Source of the DNA: Gammaproteobacteria bacterium
GTDB lineage: Bacteria; Pseudomonadota; Gammaproteobacteria; UBA9214
Assembly: GCA_029881775.1 (NCBI GenBank)
Contig: JAOULY010000001.1
Span: 1-39,649 of the forward strand
DNA: 39,649 bases
Direction: 5' to 3'
Positions 23,095 through 29,704 of the stretch are shown here, piece after piece. Position 1 is the first letter of the stretch; each line of letters opens with the position of its first letter. Under the pieces are notes generated by a model. It worked only from the letters and a program-made list of their open reading frames with translations, was not told the DNA's origin and ran no database searches. Both the position numbers and the translations under genes were made by a program.

Positions 23095-26000
23095 ATGGAT
23101 GCGCATATGCAGTGCGCTGCGAGAATCGTTATGAAAAATAGCAGGATAAACAAACGTGCACTGACAGTTTTCAGTACGGGCATCACCGCGCAGGTCATGG
23201 CGGCCTTGCTGGTCATCATGTCAGCTGTCCTGGTGAGCGTATCTGGCGAGGTTAACGCGGCGCAGCCCGCAGCAGAATCCGGGTATGTTATTCGGCTGGC
23301 ATCCTCATCGGCGCGTGATTTCTCTGCCGCCGATGTTCATGGCGCCGGGATCCATGCGGAACAGGCATTTTATTCAACCCGATTCAACAGGAGCGGTAAG
23401 CAGTGGCGCCAGTTACGCCTGGGTTTCTTCAGGACGCGGGCAGAGGCTGAATCGGTATTGAAAAAGCTGGCGAAGCACTATCCCGGCGCCCAGGTAGCCC
23501 GGGCGACATCTGCCGATATTCGCTATGCGTCCAGTGAGCCCGTGGGCGCCCCGGCAGTTGTGACTCGCCAGCCTGTGAACAAGGCCGCCAAAGCCGGGAC
23601 GTCTGCAGAAAGTATGATAACAACCACGCAGGAGCCTTCAATAACTGGCGGGTTGAGCCGGCTGTCGCCGACCAGCTGGTTTAAGCGAAACAGGGAAAAG
23701 GATGTGCCCGAAGCCGGGCAAGCCGTGCGGCCGGCAAATCAGCTTGTCAGTACGGCAGAGACGAATAGCGCGCCTGTGAAGACTGTTGATGAAGCGCCTC
23801 GCTTGTCACATAAAGTCGCTGGGCCTGTAATCCAGGAAAGTGGTGGTGCAGTTACCTTGCCTGCAGGTGCCGTGGGGAATGACGACAAGCCCCTGTTATC
23901 CATGTTTGGGAAGCTGTCACCTGCGAAATGGTTTTCCGGAAACGACCGGGCCGGCCCGGATTCCGGTAGTAAAGCCTTGCAGATTGCCGCTGTTGACTCG
24001 ACGGCTGTTGCTGCAACGGTAAAACAGCCAGCTGGAGGTTTTGACCACCTTTCTACCGGTTTCGCGCTGGACGGCGCGCATGCGGATGCGGATTGTTCCA
24101 GCTGCCATTTGCAGGGTGTCTTCGAAGGCACGCCCTCGGAGTGCAGCAACTGTCATGGCGTAGGTAGCCGGATGTCGGGTGAAACCATGTCATCGGACCA
24201 TATCAAGACCATGCCGCTATGCGAGGAATGCCATACAGCGCAACTGTGGTCGCCGTTGAGCAGGATGAATCATGATGTGGTGACCGGTAGTTGCGGTAGT
24301 TGCCATGACGGGCGGAAAGCCACCGGCAAGTCGCCGGGGCATATTCAGAGTGCTGACACCTGTGATGACTGCCACAATACCGCGACCTGGCGCGCCTCGG
24401 CATTTGATCACAGTGGTGTAGCGACGGGTAGCTGTTTCAGTTGTCATAATGGCAGTACCGCTACCGGCAAGGTTGCAAACCATGTTGCCAGCAGCAATAC
24501 CTGTGATGATTGCCACACTGTCAATGGCTGGATACCGGCGTTATTTGACCACAGTGGCGTGTCAGGTAATTGCGCGTCCTGCCACAACGGTACCACGGCT
24601 ACCGGGAGGAGTGCTGCGCATATCAGTACGACCAGCAGCTGTGAGTCGTGCCATGTTACGAGTTTATGGACGCCGGTACAGCGGCCGGATCACACGCAGG
24701 TACTGGGTACCTGCTTCAGCTGCCACAACGGCAGCACGGCATCCGGCAAGTCGGGCAGCCACATTACCAGCGGTAATACCTGCGACGATTGTCATAGCAC
24801 GGTGTCATGGACGAATGCGACGTTTGATCACAGTGGCGTAAGCGGGAATTGCGCGTCCTGCCACAACGGTACCACGGCAACCGGCAAGAACGGCACGCAC
24901 ATCCAGACCACGAACACCTGCGAGGACTGTCACAATTCGACGGTGTGGCGTCCGGTTAGCCGTGTCGATCATGCCGCAGTACTGGGTACCTGCTTCAGCT
25001 GCCACAACGGCAGCACGGCATCCGGCAAGTCGGGCAGCCACATTACCAGCGGTAATACCTGCGACGATTGTCATAGCACGGTGTCATGGACGAATGCGAC
25101 GTTTGATCACAGTGGCGTAAGCGGGAATTGCGCGTCCTGCCACAACGGTACCACGGCAACCGGCAAGAACGGCACGCACATCCAGACCACGAACACCTGC
25201 GAGGACTGTCATGGCACCAGCCTATGGCGCCCGGTCATTCGCGTCGACCATGTTGCGGTGATCGGTACCTGTTTCAGTTGCCATAACGGGTCCACGGCCA
25301 GTGGCAAGACGCCGAACCATATAAGCAGTGGCAACACCTGCGATGATTGTCACAGTACCAGCGGCTGGATCCCGGCCGTGTTCGATCACAGTACGGTGAG
25401 TGGCAGTTGTTTTTCCTGCCACAATGGTACGACGGCGACCGGCAAGAACGGCACGCATATCCAGACAACGAATCTGTGCGAGGATTGCCACAATTCGACG
25501 CTGTGGCGTCCGGTTACCCGTGTCGATCATGCCGATGTAATTGGTACCTGTTTCAGTTGCCATAACGGAACGACGGCCAGTGGAAAAACACCGAATCACG
25601 TTGCCAGTGGTAATACCTGTGATGATTGTCATAGCACCAATGGCTGGATACCGGCGGTTTTCGATCACAGCGCCGTCTCGCCAGGGACTTGCAGTACCTG
25701 TCACAACGGCAGTACGGCGACAGGCAAGCCGGGAAATCATGTGCAGACCACTGGACAGTGCGACAACTGTCACTCGACCATCGCCTGGTTACCGGCAACG
25801 TTCGATCACAACAATGTGTCGCCCGGCACCTGTTCTGGTTGTCATAACGGCAATACGGCAACCGGTAAGCCGGGCGGGCATTTCGTTACAACATTGCAAT
25901 GTGATGATTGCCATTCGGTAAATAACTGGCTATCGGTCGTCTATCAGCATGTGTCCGGCGCCTACCCGGGTGATCACAGCGGGAATCCGGTCTGTACCCA

Positions 26001-26190
26001 GTGTCATACGGCTAACAGCCAGGTCATGAACTGGCCTGCGCCAGCCTACCAGCCTGACTGTGCCGGTTGTCACGCCAGTGACTACAAGGCGGGTGTGGAC
26101 AAACACCAGAGTCTCAGCCTGGATCGTAATTGTGCCGGTTCCTGTCACCAGGCCAGTCCGGAGCACAGCGTGAACAGCAGGGAATGGTAA
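23095..26190 (+). CDS. 29-haem c-type cytochrome with N-terminal membrane anchor/signal, SPOR-like domain and low-complexity linker
   Basis: 1031 aa (alternative start ATG 23131). Hydrophobic segment ITAQVMAALLVIMSAVLVSVSG. SPOR-like domain at aa 63-142. Ala/Pro/Ser/Gly-rich linker at aa 143-333. From aa 334 to the end there are 29 CxxCH motifs plus one CAGSCH, in tandem dihaem units of the doubled-CXXCH type. Confidence 0.9.
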   Translation: MDAHMQCAARIVMKNSRINKRALTVFSTGITAQVMAALLVIMSAVLVSVSGEVNAAQPAAESGYVIRLASSSARDFSAADVHGAGIHAEQAFYSTRFNRSGKQWRQLRLGFFRTRAEAESVLKKLAKHYPGAQVARATSADIRYASSEPVGAPAVVTRQPVNKAAKAGTSAESMITTTQEPSITGGLSRLSPTSWFKRNREKDVPEAGQAVRPANQLVSTAETNSAPVKTVDEAPRLSHKVAGPVIQESGGAVTLPAGAVGNDDKPLLSMFGKLSPAKWFSGNDRAGPDSGSKALQIAAVDSTAVAATVKQPAGGFDHLSTGFALDGAHADADCSSCHLQGVFEGTPSECSNCHGVGSRMSGETMSSDHIKTMPLCEECHTAQLWSPLSRMNHDVVTGSCGSCHDGRKATGKSPGHIQSADTCDDCHNTATWRASAFDHSGVATGSCFSCHNGSTATGKVANHVASSNTCDDCHTVNGWIPALFDHSGVSGNCASCHNGTTATGRSAAHISTTSSCESCHVTSLWTPVQRPDHTQVLGTCFSCHNGSTASGKSGSHITSGNTCDDCHSTVSWTNATFDHSGVSGNCASCHNGTTATGKNGTHIQTTNTCEDCHNSTVWRPVSRVDHAAVLGTCFSCHNGSTASGKSGSHITSGNTCDDCHSTVSWTNATFDHSGVSGNCASCHNGTTATGKNGTHIQTTNTCEDCHGTSLWRPVIRVDHVAVIGTCFSCHNGSTASGKTPNHISSGNTCDDCHSTSGWIPAVFDHSTVSGSCFSCHNGTTATGKNGTHIQTTNLCEDCHNSTLWRPVTRVDHADVIGTCFSCHNGTTASGKTPNHVASGNTCDDCHSTNGWIPAVFDHSAVSPGTCSTCHNGSTATGKPGNHVQTTGQCDNCHSTIAWLPATFDHNNVSPGTCSGCHNGNTATGKPGGHFVTTLQCDDCHSVNNWLSVVYQHVSGAYPGDHSGNPVCTQCHTANSQVMNWPAPAYQPDCAGCHASDYKAGVDKHQSLSLDRNCAGSCHQASPEHSVNSREW
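23281..23520 (+). other. SPOR-like (peptidoglycan-binding) domain of the 29-haem cytochrome
   Basis: GYVIRLASSS...YSTRFNRSGKQWRQLRLGFFRTRAEAESVLKKLAKHYPGAQVA follows the SPOR pattern: an unconserved beta strand, then yRvrvGpF.s..eA..v...l....p.a.v. Confidence 0.6.
24700..25211. repeat. perfect 233-bp direct repeat (two copies, 279-bp period) inside the 29-haem gene
   Basis: 24700-24932 is base-for-base identical to 24979-25211; I checked this by reading both copies. Each copy encodes VLGTCFSCHNGSTASGKSGSHITSGNTCDDCHSTVSWTNATFDHSGVSGNCASCHNGTTATGKNGTHIQTTNTCEDCH. Confidence 0.95.
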
Positions 26191-26316
26191 TGGCTGTAGC
26201 GGCGTGTTATCGACCGGAGAAAGAGCATTACCTGGTTGCCAATGCCGTCCGGATACCGCATCGATTGCATCCGGCGTGAAGATAAACCTGTTCAATCAGC
26301 AGAAGAATTCGGGAAT

Positions 26317-28788
26317 ATGAATACACACAATCGTATTGGCAACAGCCTGGTGGCAATCTTGTTTATGCTGGCGATGTCAGCCGTTGCATCGGTTGCACAT
26401 GCGCAGATAGATGTGCTGGATGCCATTGATGTCAGCCATGCTGACGACTACTCGACTATCAGTATAAATCTGAATGTCCCCGTGCATTACAAGTCGCATG
26501 TCCCGCAGAAATCCGGTGATGTGCTGCGTATTCGCGTCGATCCGGTGCTGACCCTGGGAACTGAAAACGACATCCTGTTCGGTAATGAATTTCTCCAGTG
26601 GAGTCCGGACAAACAGGTGCCCTTGTCAGAGGTTACCTACCAGAGTTCCGGGCCATCGACAGCGACGATTATTTTGCAATTCGAGGAAAGCGTTGAATTC
26701 GAGGTGCCTAAAAGCCCGAACTCAAGGCGTCTTGTCGTCAGGGTGAAACACCCGGAAGCACATACGCGGGAGAAACGGCTGCAGTCGCTGTCCTATGCGA
26801 TCAACCTGGCATCCTCGACGACGCCGTTCACTGACGAAGAGATACCACAGGTCGATGCCATGCTCTCCTATCGCCTGTATACGACAGAATTCATGAAGAA
26901 CGGCAAGCAGTGGACGCGCCTGCGACTCGGTTTCTTTGATAATCAGCAGGAGGCGAGGAGTGTGCTTAATTCGCTGAAGGCGAATTACCCGAGGGCCTGG
27001 GTCGTGTCGGTTCCGGCGGAAGAGGTGAGTAGCTCGGCGAATTCGATTTACAGCGACCGGCGGCGCCGTGAGAAAACCATGCCGGATCAGGCGCAGCAGG
27101 CGCCTGTGCCACCCGCGTTCGATATACCGGCAGACAGGCCGGCCGGCGCTGCAGACATGGAAAAAGTCGCGGCCCTGATGAAAGAGGCCGGCCAGTTAAT
27201 GACCGACAGGTTATACGACCGGGCAATTCAGTTGTATACCAAGGTGCTCGAGTATCCCGAGAGTGAGTCTAGTCCTGCTGCCCTGGAATTTCTCGGCCTG
27301 GCGCGCGAGCGCAAGGGACAGCTGGCCCAGGCGAAATCTGTTTATGGCCAGTACCTGGAGCAGTACCCGGAAGGTGAAGATGCAGAACGGGTCCGCCAGC
27401 GGCTTGCCGGCCTGGTGACTGCAAGCAAGACACCGAAAGACCGTCTGAAATCCGCGAAATCGCGCAGCAGGACAGGTGCAGACTGGGATGTATTCGGAGG
27501 TTTTTCCCAGTTCTTCCGGCGCGATGAAAATACCACCGAGGTCAACAACGCGAACCAGACGACCCTGGTGACACAGAAGTCACTGTCGTCTGATCTTGAT
27601 ATTACCGGCCGCCTGAGAACGGCGGACTATGACATGCGGACCCGCCTGACCGGCGGTTACCTGCATGACTTTCTAAACAACGGTGATGATAGCGAATCGA
27701 CTGTCAGTTCCCTGTATTTCGATGCCAGGGACAGCAGGCGCAACCTGGGTTTGCGGTTGGGGCGGCAATCACGCAGTACCGGTGGCGTGCTCGGCCGTTT
27801 CGATGGGCTGCTGGTAGATCTGCCGGTAACACAGTCCATCGGTTTTTCGGTTGTTGGCGGTTTTCCGGTCAACTCGTCGCGGGACGGTTTCAATAACGAG
27901 AAATACTTTTACGGTGCCGGCCTGGAGTTCGAGGACTTTGCCAGAGGGTGGGATGCGAATGCGTTTCTGATTGAGCAGCAGGTGGAAAGTATTATTGACC
28001 GGCGTGCAGTGGGTGGTGAGCTTCGCTATTTCGACTCGAGCAGGTCGCTGTTTGTGCTTGCCGATTACGATATTTTCTACAATGCCCTGAACACGGCTCA
28101 AATACTCGGTAACTGGACGACAGACGACAAGACCACCTTCAATATTGTGCTCGATTACAGGAACAGCCCGATCCTGACAACCAGCAATGCCCTTCAGGGC
28201 GAGCCGGTTCTGACCACGATTGAGCAGCTGCTGACAAGCTTCACCGAAGACCAGGTCTATGGATTTGCTGAAGACCGGACGGCGAGCAGTAAACTGGCCA
28301 CGTTTGGCGTAACACGGCCGGTGAGTGAAAAATTGCAGCTCAGTGGCGATCTGACATGGTCAAAATTATCTGACACGGTAGCTTCAGGTAATGTGACTAT
28401 CCCAAATCCGGGTACAGACAACGAGTGGTTCTACAATCTCCAGCTGATAGGCAGTAATCTGCTGAAAGAAGGCGATATAACCATCCTTGGCCTGCGCTTT
28501 ATCGATGCAACTGTCTCCAATACAACATCCCTGTCGATTAATTCCCGTTACCCGGTTACTAAAGACTTTCGCGTCAATCCAAGGTTCCAGGTCGATTACA
28601 GACAAAATCAAACGGACGGCAGCGAGCAAATGATTTATCGACCGACAGCGCGGTTGACCTACAGTATCCAGCGGCGTTTCCGGCTGGAGGCCGAGCTGGG
28701 TGGTGAATGGTCGGACCGGGAGATTGTTACCGGCACGACCCAGTCAGAGAGCTACTTCGTCAACCTTGGTTACCGGGCGGATTTCTAG
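26317..28788 (+). CDS. outer-membrane protein: AMIN-like, SPOR-like and TPR segments followed by a C-terminal beta-barrel
   Basis: Start moved to ATG 26317 (MNTHNRIGNSLVAILFMLAMSAVASVAHA signal). Mature aa about 1-120 is AMIN-like (IDVSHADDYSTISINLNVPVHY...RRLVVRV). Next come a SPOR-like domain and TPR helices (YDRAIQLYTKVLEYPES...AKSVYGQYLEQYPEGEDAERV). The last roughly 440 aa has an amphipathic beta-strand pattern and ends ...YFVNLGYRADF, a typical OMP C-terminal Phe signature. Confidence 0.75.
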   Translation: MNTHNRIGNSLVAILFMLAMSAVASVAHAQIDVLDAIDVSHADDYSTISINLNVPVHYKSHVPQKSGDVLRIRVDPVLTLGTENDILFGNEFLQWSPDKQVPLSEVTYQSSGPSTATIILQFEESVEFEVPKSPNSRRLVVRVKHPEAHTREKRLQSLSYAINLASSTTPFTDEEIPQVDAMLSYRLYTTEFMKNGKQWTRLRLGFFDNQQEARSVLNSLKANYPRAWVVSVPAEEVSSSANSIYSDRRRREKTMPDQAQQAPVPPAFDIPADRPAGAADMEKVAALMKEAGQLMTDRLYDRAIQLYTKVLEYPESESSPAALEFLGLARERKGQLAQAKSVYGQYLEQYPEGEDAERVRQRLAGLVTASKTPKDRLKSAKSRSRTGADWDVFGGFSQFFRRDENTTEVNNANQTTLVTQKSLSSDLDITGRLRTADYDMRTRLTGGYLHDFLNNGDDSESTVSSLYFDARDSRRNLGLRLGRQSRSTGGVLGRFDGLLVDLPVTQSIGFSVVGGFPVNSSRDGFNNEKYFYGAGLEFEDFARGWDANAFLIEQQVESIIDRRAVGGELRYFDSSRSLFVLADYDIFYNALNTAQILGNWTTDDKTTFNIVLDYRNSPILTTSNALQGEPVLTTIEQLLTSFTEDQVYGFAEDRTASSKLATFGVTRPVSEKLQLSGDLTWSKLSDTVASGNVTIPNPGTDNEWFYNLQLIGSNLLKEGDITILGLRFIDATVSNTTSLSINSRYPVTKDFRVNPRFQVDYRQNQTDGSEQMIYRPTARLTYSIQRRFRLEAELGGEWSDREIVTGTTQSESYFVNLGYRADF
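26791..27024 (+). other. SPOR-like domain of the outer-membrane protein, paralogous to 23281-23520
   Basis: SYAINLASST...YTTEFMKNGKQWTRLRLGFFDNQQEARSVLNSLKANYPRAWVV aligns without gaps over GKQW..LRLGFF....EA.SVL..L...YP.A.V with the cytochrome's domain. Confidence 0.6.
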
Positions 28789-28892
28789 CCAGCGTACTCG
28801 ATTATCAATCGTTTGTTGTTGCATTGCCGATAATTTGAATTGCGGCCCGGCTATTGTGGTATATATAATTTGGGAATTTTTTTCCAAATACG

Positions 28893-29702
28893 ATGCCTGA
28901 AAAAATCACTAAATCCTTGAATACAGCAGTCCTGCGGATAATGCGTCCGCTGGTGCGCATTATGTTGCGCAACGGAATCGCCTACGGCACGTTCGCCGGC
29001 CTGGTCAGACAGGTCTACGTGGACGTTGCTTTTGCGGAGTTTACAACCGAGGGGCGCAAGCAAACTGTATCGAGGGTGTCCGCACTGACCGGCCTCACCC
29101 GTAAAGAGGTGAAACGGTTGCTCGAGCTGGACTCAACACCCGAATCGGAAGGACAGGCCCGCTTCAGCCGGGGGGTGCGTGTTGTCAGTGGCTGGATGAA
29201 TGACAGTCAATTTCACGACAGCAAGGGCAAGCCGGCAAATTTGCCTGTTGAAGGCAAGCACAAGTCGTTTACCGCGCTGGTCAGGAAATACAGCGGCGAC
29301 ATCACCATGCGTGCAATGCTGACCATGCTGGAAGAGGGAGGCACGGTCCGGGTGAAGAATGACGCTGTTCACCTCGTCCGTCACGCGTATATACCCGGCG
29401 GGGATGATGTTGAAAAAATCGCGATACTCGGCAGTGATGTCAGTGAATTGATTGCAACGATTGACCATAACATCGTTGCTGACCCGGAAGAGTTGTGGTT
29501 TCAGCGCAAGGTATCCTACGACAACGTGGCGCCGGAACATCTCGACAAGCTCAGGAAAATCTCGGCCAGGAAGGCGCAGGCATTGCTGGAATCGCTGGAC
29601 AGGCAATATTCGGATCATGAGCTTGACGTGGAAAAAAGGCAGGGGCGTCTGGTCAGTTTCGGTATTTACTACCATGAGCACGATACGCCGGGAGAGCAGT
29701 AG
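28893..29702 (+). CDS. cytoplasmic hypothetical protein with a helix-turn-helix-like segment
   Basis: 269 aa with no signal peptide. The candidate HTH is QTVSRVSALTGLTRKEVKRLLE. An AT-rich 104-nt upstream spacer has TTGAAT-N18/19-TATATA(AT). Its stop is 2 nt before the next start. Confidence 0.55.
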   Translation: MPEKITKSLNTAVLRIMRPLVRIMLRNGIAYGTFAGLVRQVYVDVAFAEFTTEGRKQTVSRVSALTGLTRKEVKRLLELDSTPESEGQARFSRGVRVVSGWMNDSQFHDSKGKPANLPVEGKHKSFTALVRKYSGDITMRAMLTMLEEGGTVRVKNDAVHLVRHAYIPGGDDVEKIAILGSDVSELIATIDHNIVADPEELWFQRKVSYDNVAPEHLDKLRKISARKAQALLESLDRQYSDHELDVEKRQGRLVSFGIYYHEHDTPGEQ

Positions 29703-29704
29703 CG

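Noticed and set aside
24203-25861. Several ORFs of 64-183 aa on both strands within the 29-haem gene
   Set aside because: They are artefacts of the repeat structure: the same open alternative frame is copied along with each repeat. Only the 23095-26190 frame gives haem motifs.
24400-25950. Regular periodic repeats of about 140/279 bp that could superficially resemble a CRISPR array or satellite
   Set aside because: The periodicity is in-frame coding repetition (dihaem and tetrahaem units). There is no short invariant repeat alternating with unique spacers, and no cas genes are present.
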